From Octopus sinensis (taxonomy: Eukaryota): DNA of 64,000 nucleotides. The notes beneath the pieces are model-generated. The model was not told the DNA's origin, did not search any database, and saw only the letters and a list, made by a program, of their open reading frames with translations. The stretch is taken from the NCBI RefSeq assembly GCF_006345805.1, contig NC_042999.1:140678001-140742000 (forward strand). The letters run 5' to 3'. The translations under genes and the position numbers were made by a program. This document shows positions 38,671 to 52,907 of this stretch, in pieces (position 1 is the first letter of the stretch; every line of letters begins with the position of its first letter).

Positions 38671-41409
38671 CAAATGTAAATAATGTAAATAATGTCCAAC
38701 TTTCTAATTTGGAGACAACAAACAGACCCTCACAAATACATACTCATATATAAGTATCTGTGTGTGTGTGCATACATATGTTCATATGAGTGAATGAGTG
38801 GAGTGAGTGAGAGTGTGTGTGTATGTGTGTGTGTGTGTGTGTGTATGCAAGACTACCTTTACAATTTAATGTCCTTTCTGACCACTTACTATTCAACCAT
38901 GGGATGTAGTGGCACTATAATGTGTGAATGTGCTTGTGTGTCAGAATGAGAGGGCAAAAAAGGAAGAGTGTGAGCAAAAGCAAGAGCGTATATGTCTGCA
39001 TTTGTTAGTGAGTAGTTGATATGCTAGGCAGGTCTGTTATAGTATCAGCATAAATGTGTGTATGTATAAGTGCAGCAACAGTGATGAGGATGCAGATGAA
39101 ACCTCTATAGTAAGCAGTGACTGCACTCTATACCAATCTGTGGTATCAGATTACTGCCCTCTTGCACATATTTCAGAACATAATCTAATTCAATAAAGAT
39201 TTAAGGCTGTTTTTCAAGTCAAAGATGGTCAAAGATCTCTGAATAACTAATGGCAGTGCAATCCATATTTTGGTACTAAAATATGTTCTATATATATATT
39301 TTCCCATGACTGTTGCTAATAGGCTATGTTGGAGTAGTTTTTGAGTGTGGATTGGAAGTGGTCAGCCAAATAAGAAAAACCTAATGAAATATTAATACTC
39401 TTATAAATCAGTACAATCATATTCAATTATAGTCATTGCTCTATTAGAAACAATTGTACAGGGTGCACTTTTATCTTTTGTGCAATAGCAAGAACATAAT
39501 AGTTATGAAGATTTTCTATCTTTCAGTGCTGCTATGAAGGATACAAAGACAAAAAGGGTATTATAGTAGTCAGTATTTTGGAACTGTAATGGAGTTGACA
39601 AATTTGGTTTGATGAATGGCTCAGAATTTCCTGATATTTCTAATACAGAGAAGAATAAGAATGACTGTTTAATTGATCCATACATTTGTCCAGTACCAAG
39701 CATTGGTTTGACTAAGAACTTGACAAAATGCCAATGATATTTAGTTATGACCCGTTATGTTCTGGGTTCAAAGCCTGCCAAGTCAGTTCTATTTTTTGTC
39801 CATCCAGGCACAATAAAATAAAGTCTCATTCAAGAACTGGGTGCTGGTTTAATATTCCTTTAAAGCAACATAAACATGAATGTAATTATAACAGAAGAAA
39901 TAACTTTGCTTTTATGATAAAGAGACTTGTGCTTACAAGATGGTTGATTTTAATAATGAACTCACAAGGTTTAAGGAGGAAAACTACTATTTCTGATTTA
40001 GTAGTGTTTAGTTTCAGACAATGTGTGTGTACAGGTAGGTATACACACACACACACACATGATAGTGGGAGGGAGGAAGGGTAAGGAGGATGTACATTTG
40101 CATTTTGTAAAATTGTACAATTCGATAGATTTTTAAAATTTATTTTAATTTTCCAAAGAAGGGACACAAAAGCCAAAGCTCTATGTGTACATGAAGAAAG
40201 GAGAAGTATAAGCAGTTAATATTCATTTTGATTTTATGAACAGCTGCAGTCTGATCGTGGAAATCACAGCACTGGTAGGATTGGTGGTGGTTGTTCAAGA
40301 AACCCTAGAGACTTACAGAAGGATTAGGCAAAAGTAAAGCAAATAAGATACAGTGAGTCAGAATGGGGAGGAAAACCACTAACCATTAAGCCACATGTCT
40401 CCACAGAGGGAAAAGAAGATATAATCAAAGGCATTCCGGACACAACCAATCCATTTTGCTTTTAATCATCATCTACATAAGACGGCATTATCAAAGCAGT
40501 CCCTCCATTTTGGGGTTGATTGAGTGTAATTTTAAAAAGATTAAGCTATTTTTAGCAGATGGAAAACTATGTACAGGCTGCTTCATTTGATTATGAGTTT
40601 AGATGGTGGACAACATTAATAAAAAAAAAAAATCAGATGTGCTGAGTAGTGGTAAAAGAGATATGGTGAGTGAAGGCTTGTGAATAAGAGCAATATCTTA
40701 TTCATTTGTGTGTATGAATAGTGGTCACACTTTCCATCATATGTGTGAGTCTTACTCTGATATAGATATCTCTATTTTGTAAAAGGTTAGCAGCTAGGAG
40801 GATTTAGCAATGAGTATTGTTCCAAATGAGCATGCCTGACAGGAAGGTTGACATGCCAGATTAAGCCTCCTCATCCTCCTGGTCATTGCTACCACTATAA
40901 TCATTAACATTGTAATGTAATGAGGTAGCCTTTATGTAGTTATTTGAACACCTAGAAAGAGTAGATAATTCTTCATCAAATCACATCAAATAACACCTTA
41001 AAAACGGAATGACACACTGGATGATGTAAACTAAAAAAAAAAAGGGGGGAGGGGAGACAGGATGGTAACAGCTGAAATGATTTTCATTACATTTCGGCAT
41101 GCTCAGGAGTGACTCAGAGTAGATGGGGAACAACACCATTAATGTTGCTGGCATTATCAATATCACTAATATCTTTAAGTACCACTAGTATATCTGATAA
41201 TAACACTATTATCCTGTCCAATACCATCTTATTCACTGCTCTTCCATCTACTAACACAAACATGACCAAGACCACTATAACCATCATGCAGTCAGCATTC
41301 CATCACCATCATCAAATCTCACTAAACTACATTTAACATCCTTACTAGTACTACTTTCACCACAAATACATCTACTCCTTACCTCTTCCACCAACTTAGC
41401 ACTACTCAG

Positions 41410-41575
41410 TTACACACTGGGAAATTGCTTAGCAACATTTTGTCCATCTTCACCTTCTGCATTCAAATTCCACTGAGATCAACTTTGCCTTTGATCTTTT
41501 CAGGGTCAATAGAATAAGTACCAATTGAACACCCCCTGAAATTGCTGGCCTTGTGCAAAAATTTGAAATCAATAT
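41410..41575 (+). mobile_element. Second tRNA-derived SINE family (same as the 59.3-61.2 kb array)
   Basis: TTCAAATTCCACTGAGATCAACTTTGCCTTT..AATAAGTACC..GAAATTGCTGGCCTTGTGC. Confidence 0.7.
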
Positions 41576-41649
41576 TCCACTTAAACTGTTTAAGGCACAT
41601 ACTAAGGATAAATTGGCAGAACATTTGATTCTTTTAGTCTTTCCTACTT

Positions 41650-42115
41650 TCCTTCATTGGACACTAAACTCTGCTTGCGAAGACCTGTTGAGGCAAGTGA
41701 AATCGAAATTGAATCAAATTCGATGATTGGCACCTATACCAGAGGAGTGCTAAGAGCACCATCTGAGCATGATCATTGCCAGAGCAGCTGACTGGCTTCT
41801 GTGCTGATGGCATGTAAAAATACCGGTTGGTATGTGAAAAAACATTCGAGTGAGGTCATGCCAGTGCTGCTGGACTGGCTCCTGTGCACCATTTGAGCGT
41901 GGCCGTTGCCATTACCGCCTGACTGGCTGTTGTGTCGGTGGCACATAAAAGCACCCACTACATTCTCAGAGTGGTTGGCGTTAGGAAGGGCATCCAGCTG
42001 TAGAAAATCTGCCAGATCAGATTGGAGCCTGGTGCAGCCATCTGGTTTGCCAATCCTCAGTCAAATCGTCCAACCCATGCTAGTATGGAAAGCGGACATT
42101 AAATGATGATGATGA
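41650..42115 (+). mobile_element. RTE 3' UTR copy
   Basis: CTTGCGAAGACCTGTTGAGGCAAG, degenerate 60-bp units, TTGGCGTTAGGAAGGGCATCCAGCTGTAG, (ATG)n. Confidence 0.82.
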
Positions 42116-42117
42116 TT

Positions 42118-42460
42118 CAGTTGTTTCAATCATTTGACTGTGGCCATACTGAAGCACCACCTTTAGTCGAACAAATCGACCCCAGGACTTATTCTTTGTA
42201 AGCCTAGTACTTATTCTATTGGTCTGTTTTGCCAAACTGCTAAGTTATGGGGAGGTAAACACACCAACATAAGTTGTCAAGCAATGGTGGGGGGACAAAC
42301 ATATACACACATGCACATATATGAGGAGGCTACTTTCAGTTTCCATCTACCACATCTACTCACAAGGCTTTGGTCGGCCTGAGGCTATAGTTGAAGACAC
42401 TTGTCCAAGGTGTCATGCAGTGGGACTGAACGCAGAACCATGTGGTTGGTAAGCAAGCTG
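42118..42460 (-). mobile_element. Octopus-type SINE inserted at the RTE tail
   Basis: Reverse complement of the 13688 family. Confidence 0.78.
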
Positions 42461-42524
42461 ACATCATTGTTCTCACAAATGCTACTTATGTCCAGCATTG
42501 TAAAAAAAAATAATTTTGAATCAA

Positions 42525-42900
42525 ATGCACTAGATGGGTCATTTAATTAGAATGGATGACACAAGGATTTCCAAGCAATTACTTTATAGAAAACTAACAC
42601 TAATAAGTGCCTATAGCATAAACTCTAGAAGTGATATATGCCATGGTACAATCAAGAAAGGTTGTGAAACATTTGAACAGAATGGAATTCAACATGCAAA
42701 AATAAAACGAGCTATTGAAAAGCAAGAACAACTGCTTAGTGTTTTCAGAGAGGATTGATATGTATTCTCAGTAACTGCCAATTCTTACTAAAAGCTGGAT
42801 TAATTAGTCATGAATGGTCACACAGTGGAGACAAAATCAAGACTCATATAAAAACATACTCTCTCCAAAACTGGGGGCCTGAAGAGGCTCATTTGAATAC
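42525..42900 (+). mobile_element. Degraded C-terminus of a second RTE family (BovB-like)
   Basis: RWMGHLIRMDDTRISKQLLY; HGTIKKGCETFEQN..KRA. Confidence 0.6.
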
Positions 42901-45900
42901 ACAAAAATGCACCTACAGAACTAGTTGAAAACCTTTCACAGATGCCATATTAGCAAGGAAGTGGTATCATACATGGCAACTTCAGTGAATTTGCCTTTAG
43001 AAGCTGAAATATGTCACAAACATATTTTAACTAACTTAAAGTTTGTTTATTCTTCATCACTGCTTACCACTGATATCATTGTACTTATTCTATCCAGACA
43101 GTCTGTGAAAGCAAATCAGTCACTGATATTGACTGTTTTCAGATAAAGCTATGGTTTTAGAATCTGGCTGAGTTATCTCTCTTCAATGACTCATACCAAA
43201 ATGTGCCAGAAATGTGTCTGGGTGTCTGTTATTTTTACAATGAGAGAGAATTTTTCTCTATGGTAAATGCAGTGAATTTGCCTTCAGAAGTTAAAATACA
43301 TGATAAACATTTTTTAACTAACCTAAATTTCATACATATATATGCACACAAAATACATTTATTTGCATACACATACATACAAATACAAACACATACAGTC
43401 ATTGTGGCCCTTATACTTTTCTACTGTTTATTATTCGTCGTTTAACACCAATTTTCTTTCCTCACTTTTCTCTCTCACAGACACTATGTTTTCATGGGTT
43501 ATCAGCCAAATTGCACAACAAAATCAATATTGGTTAATCAGTATATACTAATCTTAATTAGTTAAGAATAACTGACTGAAAACTCCAACACTCAATAAAA
43601 GCTGATAGCAAATTACATAATCTCCAGTTTATCTGCAAAGAAGCTGTATAAATGTTTCAGGTTTTCTAGATTTTAAAGCTATGAATTTGAGACAATGTTT
43701 ATGTCTTTAAATTACTACTTTTGTGAATATATTTTTTATTAAACTTTGCTTCTTTGTTGGAATTATCATTTGCTATTTTCTGGATAATATAATGATCCAA
43801 AGAGTAATTGCATAAAAATAATATGAATAACTGAGTTTATAGGCTCAGAATGGTTGAGTATAACCTAGTTCTTAATTATTGTGTTACTGTTTAGCCCAAG
43901 TTAATCCCCAGCAGAAGCACTGGGGTTCACTAGTTTACAATTCAACTTTTGAGAAAAGCTATCTGCAATATTTGAGCATCAAAACCAGGGAAACATTTAT
44001 CTCTCATTTGCCAAATGCTGAGGAATCCAGAGTGGAGCACTAACCCTATGTATTGCTGTGGTCTGGAAAGGATTAGCTACTTAAATCATGTATAACCAAT
44101 ATGTTTGTACAGGGGAGAATAAACAGGTAATTGAATTTTCTACAGTACATGACTGGTACTTGTATTATCCATTTCAAAAGAATGACAGGCAAAGTCATTG
44201 TTGATAGGATCTAAAATCTGTCAACAATTTCCTCCTCAAATTCCCTTTTTTTAAATTTAGGGTTGGACAGAGTAGACTGACTTTATACTAGTTCATTATT
44301 GGTGCTTATTTAAAATAGTTGATCCTATGTATTAGGCTTCAAAAGCAAGACAAACCTATTGTTTATCACTAATTGTTGGTGAAATTTTAAGTTACTTTGT
44401 TTATTGTTTAGTCTAAGTAAAAAGATGAGTGTTTATAACTTTTGTGAGCACCCCAAGACTAGTCTATGAGAATAATGTGGCTGATGTTCATCTTGAACTT
44501 TTGAAGGTAGATATTTTGTGAAGAAATGTATAGGGAAGAGAGGGGGCAGGAGGAAAATTATCGAAATTCTGAGGAGGAAGGATTATAAAAATTATTAGTA
44601 TGGTATCTAGGTATTTTTCTCCTTAAGAACAATGATCAGAGGAAGGACAGATGAACCAAATGCATTTGGGAGGAGAAAGTAGCAAGTTGGCAACTTCAGA
44701 GGAAAACAGATTGTAGTGGCTGTAGAAGAGAGGATGCAGTGCATTGGTGCTGAGCAGTTGTAGCAAAGCTGTGCCTACTTTTTTTAACACAGTGTACAAT
44801 TTCTGTGTGTGTAACAGGTATACTATCCCATACATACATACAGCAGTAGTCTAATATGCTAATGCAAGGAATACTTGTGCATTAAAGAGGGTTCTGAAAT
44901 GTCTTGGTGATGTTTGCTATATTGTTCTGTGAGTAATATCTTCATCACAAAAAATATTAACTTGAAAACTTAACTTGTTCAATAACTATTTCTTAGTTCC
45001 TTGTTTAAAAGTGATCACCATCCTTTGAATTCAATATGAGAATGTTTTATTAGAACCTACACAAGAATGCTCTATATTTATGATATATGAATAACAAAAC
45101 CCATTTAAAAGAATCAAACCCTTATTTCAAGTGATGGCAGTTAGTCTATCTTTAGTTTGAGATATTCATTGCCATATCTGTTGTCAAAGGGTAAGTCACT
45201 TATCTGACTTCTTTATAGAATTAGTGGTATCCATCAATGTGTGAGCAGTAGACCTCATCTAACTATGACCACAGGATGAATTGAATTCAGCACTATCATT
45301 GAATGAAACTCAGCAATTTTATAGTTTACTACAATAAACCATTTCCTACAAAAATATCTTGTAACCACAATTTTGGATTGGCAACTTTTCATTGCCTTGA
45401 TGCATGTTTTGGCAAGTGTCACAGTGCAGATAATTTACAAGATTCTAATTGCCACACCTATTCCCTCCTACCCTCATCTGGGGTAACTTATCCACCTAGG
45501 TATTCACACTCTCACTTCTGTTTGATAATTAAAAAGAATCTTAAATATCTTTGCATATTCTTCTTTCACTTACATTTTCCTAATTCTGATACTCTTTAAC
45601 TGGAATTATTTGCCTGAATTTTTGCCAATGATTAAGAGAATTCTACTTGTAATATCCAAGGAAGACAAGATATATTTTAATGTTGACATTTAAGTGAATA
45701 AAGTAAAAGGTTAATGCTAAAGCTATGACTTATTTCTAGGTATTTATCATAAACAATAAGACTGAGAATCCACCACTTCTATTTTATATTGGCTTATGAG
45801 CCAATATAAATTCAATCATTTACCTTTGTATCAGAAATCAAATATTTCAGTCATTGTTATTATTGAAAGATGTCTTGTCTGACATATCAAAGCTTAAATA

Positions 45901-46948
45901 AGCATCAGTGAAGTAGTACTAAGTATCTGTGAGTAGTAAAATAGCTGTCAGAAGAAGAAAATTTCCAAAGAAAATCATTGCCAAACAGATGAAAGTATCT
46001 ATCAGTTAATAATCACATTATGTAATTTAATTTCCTATAAGATCATGTGAAGTACTTAGTAATCTTCATTAAAGCAAGAGACTGGCTAATCCAATGGCTT
46101 TAACCATTCAAATACGAAATACAAAAAGCTGTTTATCTCATTAGATCTATAAATCTAAAACAATAAATCACAAGTGTGAGGCATTCATAGATCACAGTTC
46201 TTTTGTTACAACACCAACACTATGTTTTAATGACACCAGTGTTAAGTCACCACACAGAAGTGCAAAATTATATCAACCACCAATAGAGGCCCCTCAGTGT
46301 GTCCATATTGGTTTATTTTCCAATCTTTCTATTTCTCTTCATTCATTTTCTTTTTATTAGCAGTGAAAAGTGAATAATATTCAATTGAAACAGATGTTCA
46401 AATTATTACTTTCATGAGCTAAGCAGTGATACACTGCTGGATACCCGAGAAAGACCCACTGCTTAAAATAGTTTGTTTATATACATGATCAAAGCTAGCA
46501 ATGAAAGAAATATTTAAGAAAATGGAATTTGGTCATGAAAATGAAGGACATGCATGCATGCACACATGTGTGCAAACACAAGCACAGACACACACATTCA
46601 TGCACTGACAAACACACATACATTAGGATGCTGAGAAACACATAGTGTTGCACCATAGGTATCTGTACTAGAAATATGCTGCCACAACCCATCATCAGTG
46701 AATATAGAACAGCAGTGACAGTTGTAATAGAAACAACACCACCATATTAGTCTATCTATAAACACATGCGATCTTAAACTTTTCACCAGATGTTTGCACC
46801 AGTTATGCATCATTATTTTACCTGAAAATCTGCCAGAGTAATAAATCTGTAATTGTAATACAGACTGTTGTGTATGCCTGTGCATGCATGGATGTAATGT
46901 GTGTGTTATTAATAATATACATATATAGATGTGTGACATGTATGTATG

Positions 46949-47030
<82 letters not shown>

Positions 47031-47823
47031 AGTGTATGCATATTATTAATAAATACCTTTATATCTACATAGATGTGTAACTAATGTATTTATATGTTTC
47101 CATTTATTTATATACAAATACATCGTATGTTACAAATACATCTCTCTGTATATAATTGAAAAAGAGTGAGAGTTAAGCCATTTGTTAGTAATTAAAATGT
47201 AGTTGTTGATATATTGAATCTGATCCCAGGAAATTGGGCTCACATATGAAATGATTAGGAGAAGGACAGGTGGAGATAGGCAGTTTTGAATAGAAATGTA
47301 ACTTATGCTGGCATAGGAAAATGGAAGTTTAATTTATAATCATGATAAATTATGGTGCTTTTAGGTTTTACTACATCTTTAAGCATAACTGTACTGAAAA
47401 TTGAGATTATTTTACAGAAGTTCAAGGTTTTAGATTTCTAGAGGAATATGAATAGAATTTCATGACATGCATGCCTTTACTAGTAAGTAATTACTATATG
47501 TTAAATGATCACAACTGGAAATTTATACTGATACAGAAGCAGTTTACTGGAAGTTTGTCTCCACTCTATACTAATAACATAATAAAATAACTTAGAACTT
47601 TAGAATAGTAACAAAAGGTTATAGCTTAGGTTGGGCTGAGCAGAAGCTAAAAGCTGACTTATTCGCTTGAGTATATTTTTGCAAGTGAGAAGAAAATAAC
47701 AATGATAGTGATAATTTCTTACAACTCAAAAACTATGCAGGGAACAAAATGTAATTGATATTTATGCCTTTCTAAAGAGCATCAGTGATGGAACTGAAAT
47801 GAAAAGTTAACTTTTATATTAAG

Positions 47824-48220
47824 ACTAGCAGTATCGCCCGGCGTTGCTCGGGTTGTAAGGGAAATAACTATATAAGCATTTTTAGAGAGTTATAGCCAAA
47901 AAATAGCAAAAAAATGCATTAAAAATTGAAAAAAAATTAAGGTAAATTTTTTTTTAAATCGTTGACACATCGTAGATATTTTTAGAGAGTTACTTCCCTT
48001 ATATAAAAGCGAAAAAAATGCATTAAAATGGAAAAATATGATGGTAAATTTTTTTAAAATCGTAGACTCATCGTAGACGCGCGCTAATACCCAGAAGGGC
48101 TCGATATGAATCACGACTATAAGATACCCGCTTTTGGTTAAACTGCACCGCAAAATGTGGGAGTAGTTAGGAATCTAAATCGTAGGAGACAGACACACAA
48201 CTTCACTCTTATATAAAGAT
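47824..48220 (+). mobile_element. Young non-autonomous Helitron-like element
   Basis: Start ACTAGCAGTATCGCCCGGCGTTGCTCGGG, end AGACAGACACACAACTTCACTCTTATATAAAGAT (architecture like Lep1-type non-autonomous Helitrons); internal ~100-bp direct duplication; CpG-rich; no TIR. Confidence 0.6.
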
Positions 48221-48359
48221 GCTTTTTTTTTTCAGTCATAGAGTTAGATTTATGAAGGTCTTCAGTAGAAAATCCTTTGAATTCTGACTTGCTGCTTGAT
48301 ATAATGAAATTCGTATCCATTTTTTGTCAGAATTACAAATTTTGAAAACACAATAGGAA

Positions 48360-48545
48360 CAAATTTCGGAAAAAAATCTCCCATAATTCACGGAATTAAA
48401 ATTACACTTCGATTTTTGTACAAAACTGTATTTGAAGTGTTTACAAAGTATAATACGTGTTTTCACGAATGTACTAAAGAGATTTACTCTGATATTCTCA
48501 TTTAAATATGAATAGGTAAATTCGGGCGGTTTGGTAACGAAAGGG
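48360..48545. mobile_element. piggyBac-like terminal fragment
   Basis: Ends GGTAACGAAAGGG|TTAA; matching left end not found. Confidence 0.45.
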
Positions 48546-48559
48546 TTAAACGGATGCAT

Positions 48560-49025
48560 ACATTTATAACTATATATAAGTGTCGTCTGTTTATACATAA
48601 ACACTGTTTCATACTTTCAGTTTAGTCTTCCTCAAATCACTCTGTCGCTATTTACTCTCTTCCAAGAACATTTTCACTCACTCTTATCTGTTAGCTTGCC
48701 ATACATTTTACTCATGTATCTATCAGCGTGATAGACAGAAACAAATATTACATCTAGTTTCACTTTATTCGTTGCACACTGTGTGTGTGCGTTTGCGTGT
48801 GCTGTAAACCAGACTAAGAAAAGCATTTGACATACACACCAGAATGTGAGTTTTCTGTAAATTTTGCTTAATTGGAGTTTAAATTTTAAAAAGTGGACCT
48901 GGCAAAACCCGATGCATTCTACTCTTAAAAATGCTAGGTAAATTGTAATTGAAGAAATCCTATATTGTAGATTTCTATAACTGACAAAGGGAGGCAGATA
49001 AAATCTGCCTTTTATAATAAGAGAT
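48560..49025 (+). mobile_element. Second Helitron-like fragment with subterminal hairpin
   Basis: AGGCAGA-TAAAA-TCTGCCT (48992-49010) followed by TTTATAATAAGAGAT; 5' boundary approximate. Confidence 0.45.
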
Positions 49026-51249
49026 TTATAGATATTGATTACAAGTCAATCCCAAATTCTGAGCAATGTTTTTAAAGCTGTTAGGCATATGATCAAGTAT
49101 TTGATGTGTTGAGCTTATGATCATAAGGTCATAAGTTCTGTTCCTGAATGTTGTTTCCTAGAGCAAGGTACTTTATTTCTTATTATTCCAAACTATGTAG
49201 CTGAAAATGAGTATCAATTGGTGCAGCCTTCTCTTTCTCTTGGAAGTTCTGCTGGCTTAATAGTGGGAGGGATAAGATGGTGTCTGTCTGTTTGTGACCA
49301 TACAGGCACCTAAAACAATTAGCAAAAACAGGGTACATGTTAACAAGTCACACTTATGAGAGATGGTTATGCTTTATTGTTTGTTGTCATCAGAGTATAG
49401 TGTATGGAAGGGCATAAACATAACAAATCCCCACTACACTTCACACATATATGTACACCTAATGTTTCTCTTGTATACAACAAAAAGATCATTCGATAGA
49501 TTTGTTGATAAAATACTGGACACCTTGATCTAAGATTATCTGCTTCTAATTTACTCCAGCTGTTTCATTATACCCTACAAGATATGCAACTCTATTTGTG
49601 TAAAAGACTCGCATTTAGAAGTGGTTTAGTGCAAAATTGCTGGTGGGAGGTAAGAAAAGGGAAACATACTATCAACAACCACAAAAATGAAAAACAAGAA
49701 AAAATACAAATATCTAGTTACACTAAAAACTAACACATGTTTTACTTAGTGATATTTACATTGCCAACAAGTGGAACAAACTAAAGAATGAAACGGTTAA
49801 ATAGTTAAACGTTACTGCTTGCTGTTCTGAACTTACAACAACCAGTAAAACATTCTTGGACTTCTAACATCTGATATGAAAGCAAGTATGCAAAGACATT
49901 TCTTGGAGAAATAAATATATGAATAAATTATTGAAAAATACACAATAACAAGCAAACTGAAAAGCCTATATCTCTTTATTTTGTCTTTAATTAAGTATGT
50001 CTGCTTTATAACAATTAATAAATTAGCAATTCTTCTTCAATGTATACTACTGTACACATACATATAGAATAGCATATATTGGGGAAGAGTTATTAATTTA
50101 TGGCCACAAGGCAACATATAAGTAATCCCTTAAAGATAATGTCAGTCAGCAATGAGGCAGCTTCTATGTCATCACCCAACCTGCTAGAAATAACAATCAA
50201 ACCACCTTCAAATCATATTATACTATTTTGAAAGAGGACACAGTGGATAATATAGTTCTACTTATAACAAGTCTGATGAAAAAATGGTAACAGCTTGAAT
50301 GTCTTTGATCATGAGTTTGGTGAAACAGAGATAAAGAACAACAAAAAGATCCTGAACATCCTCTTTACTCCTCAGGGCACTAACAAGGCAACATGATCAA
50401 TATGAAAAGAATTAATAAGATGGCAAAAGACCATGCAGGACAAAAAAAAACAAACAAAACCAAAACTTTGTGATGGTGCTTGCAGCTGCAAGGTATGAAT
50501 TTGATGGTGCTTGCAACTGCAAGGTATGGATTTAGTGTTATTCAATCATATTGCAAAAACAATACCCAAACTTATGGCAGAACAAAAAGTGGTGTTGCAT
50601 GTTAAGCTGACTATGCCATGAAAAGTGGGCTCCTGAGAAGAAGACCTTAGAGAATCAATTTAGAGACAATGAATTGTTGTATTGTGGATATGTAGACAGA
50701 TCAATGATGCTTTTTATCATGTGACTGAAATTAAGAAAATAGCAGATAAGAAACTGTAGTGGAAAGTGAAATCATTCTCAGGGAATAAAAAATAAAATAG
50801 ACTTTACACAGAGTGATTGCAATTACTTTTAGTATGATTACTTCATGACGCGTGGCAAAGACACATAAAACTGCATGCTTTGATATAGGCTAAAAGACCC
50901 TAGAAATTCCTTGATATAATAGCTACTACATTGCTTGGGGACAGGGGATGATACTGTGAGAAGGCGCAGAAATTGAGATCCCTTAGCATGGTTTCTATGG
51001 TGAGATGCCCTTCTAACTGCTAACTACTTTACAGAGTGAACTGTACACATTTTATCGTGGCACCAGCACTACGAGTAGAGAGGTTGTTGTGTCCCTAGTA
51101 AGACTATAGTTTCCTCTCTACCTTATATTGTCAGTTCATTCCTCAGCATAAAAAGGATGTGTTATCCCAATAAAACTAAAGAGAGTCTCTGACTTGTCTG
51201 TTCATTTCTTCCTTCCCCACCCATTATATTACTGGGTGGGAAAAGAGCC

Positions 51250-51314
<65 letters not shown>

Positions 51315-51620
51315 TGCGAGAGAGAAGAGAGAGAAAAGAAGTTGTTGGTAAAAGTAAATTTTAAGAAATATGAGCTAGAGAGATTTTACTGTAAATATAA
51401 AACAACTCCAACAAACTCAGAACATGCCAAAGCAACATGATGGAAGAGAGAAGGACTGGTAGAAGAGACAGCAATGGATGGGTGTGATAGTGGTAAGTAA
51501 AGGATGCCTTAAGTGAAAGAGGAGGGAGTAATGTGAGAATGATGAGTAGCACTAAAGTATCAGAAAGTGAGAAATTGAAAGTAACAAAGGTGGTTGCTGG
51601 AAAATAAACTTTATAAAAAC

Positions 51621-51792
51621 TATTTTTAAAGTTGTTTCTATAGATATTATGTAGAAACTATAGCCAGCACTGATTTTTGCTACGTTTCATATCGAGATGT
51701 CAGATTTAAACAAGCAATAAGATCAGAGACAAAAAGTGGATAATGAGTGTATTTCAAGGATTGTTGCCCCTTCATCAGTGCCCTTCTAACTC
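51621..51792 (-). mobile_element. Partial inverted copy of the hammerhead-bearing repeat (stem III deleted)
   Basis: Minus strand CTGATGA-AGGGGCAACAATCCTT-GAAATA^CACTCATT aligns to 52916-53090 but lacks TGGCATATA. Confidence 0.75.
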
Positions 51793-51989
51793 ATCTCTTT
51801 CTCCAAACACATTGAATATATAGCCACTGCATACAGCAGTGTTAAGTTATTAGGTATACCAATTTACATATTAGATGCACTCCTGGAACTGGTATGTAAA
51901 CATTAAAGGTTTGTATGTACATGGCACATTGTTATGCAAACACAATATACTATGAAGTATACTAAATGTTTCTATAAGTTAGTACCATG

Positions 51990-52398
51990 GGATCTTTTCG
52001 GTTTGAACGGCAGTTTTTTCTAGCGGTGTCATATGAAATTGTCACCCATAATTATGACCCTAGTATCGATCTATTGCATTTCAATCTGTTTTAGGATTAG
52101 GGTTAGAGGTGGGGGAAGGATATCTTTTTTTCTTCACAAATGTAAATAAACCCAATCTGTTTCTTAAACGAGGGACATATTCATATGGCACAGAATGTTT
52201 TTTTACCTAAATAGATTCATTGATCGGTTGAAATTGAAGAAAAAAACCCAACAAATATCTTACAAACTATAGAATTTTCTCAATAAAGCCAAGAGAAAAA
52301 GATGTTTTATAAACACATTCTACCAGTATATGAAGTTTAAAAGTGTTTAGATACATGGAAATTATTTTTAAAAACTGCCGTTCAAACTGAAAAGATCC
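51990..52398. mobile_element. MITE, 409 bp, GG-terminal TIRs, 8-bp TSD (Merlin-like candidate)
   Basis: 29-bp TIRs GGATCTTTTC(G/A)GTTTGAACGGCAGTTTTT with 1 mismatch; TSD GTACCATG at 51982-51989 and 52399-52406. Confidence 0.88.
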
Positions 52399-52465
52399 GT
52401 ACCATGTCCTACTGCATCAGCAGAGCTTGTTACATTATCTTTAAGGTTGTTTCTACAGATATTCT

Positions 52466-52804
52466 GGAAAGACTCCCCCCCCACAATTTTCTCCCAAATT
52501 TGTTTATTTAAAAATTCTTCAATTTTGACTTTTTCCCCAACACTAACCCTAACTACTGAAATGTTTTAAAGTTTTTGTCCGAATCATAATGTTCGTATTT
52601 TTCTATATATTTAGAAAAAAAAAATTTCTGTAAAAGTAAAAGATGAAGGAAATGGGGGTGGGTAGTAATTTAAAAATGCCGATTTTTGCCAATTTTTTGG
52701 CAGATTTGTATTCCCCGTAGCCGAAAGGGAGGATTTGTGTCAAAAGAAAAAAAAAAATTTTTAAGGGTGGTTTTTGGGGTGTGGTGACAGGCGGAAGTCT
52801 TGCC
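52466..52804. mobile_element. Older MITE, 339 bp, GG-terminal imperfect TIRs, 8-bp TSD
   Basis: GGAAAGACTCCCC / GCGGAAGTCTTGCC; TSD GATATTCT (52458-52465) vs AATATTCT (52805-52812). Confidence 0.65.
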
Positions 52805-52907
52805 AATATTCTATAGAAACTATAGCCAGCACTGATTTTTGCTATAACGTTTCGTATCGAGATGGCAGGTGTAAACAAGCAATGAGATCAGAGACAAAAG
52901 TGGGTTA

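Noticed and set aside
50471-50532. 31-bp tandem duplication; also ~60-bp direct repeat at 42980/43270
   Set aside because: Ordinary local duplications with no further structure
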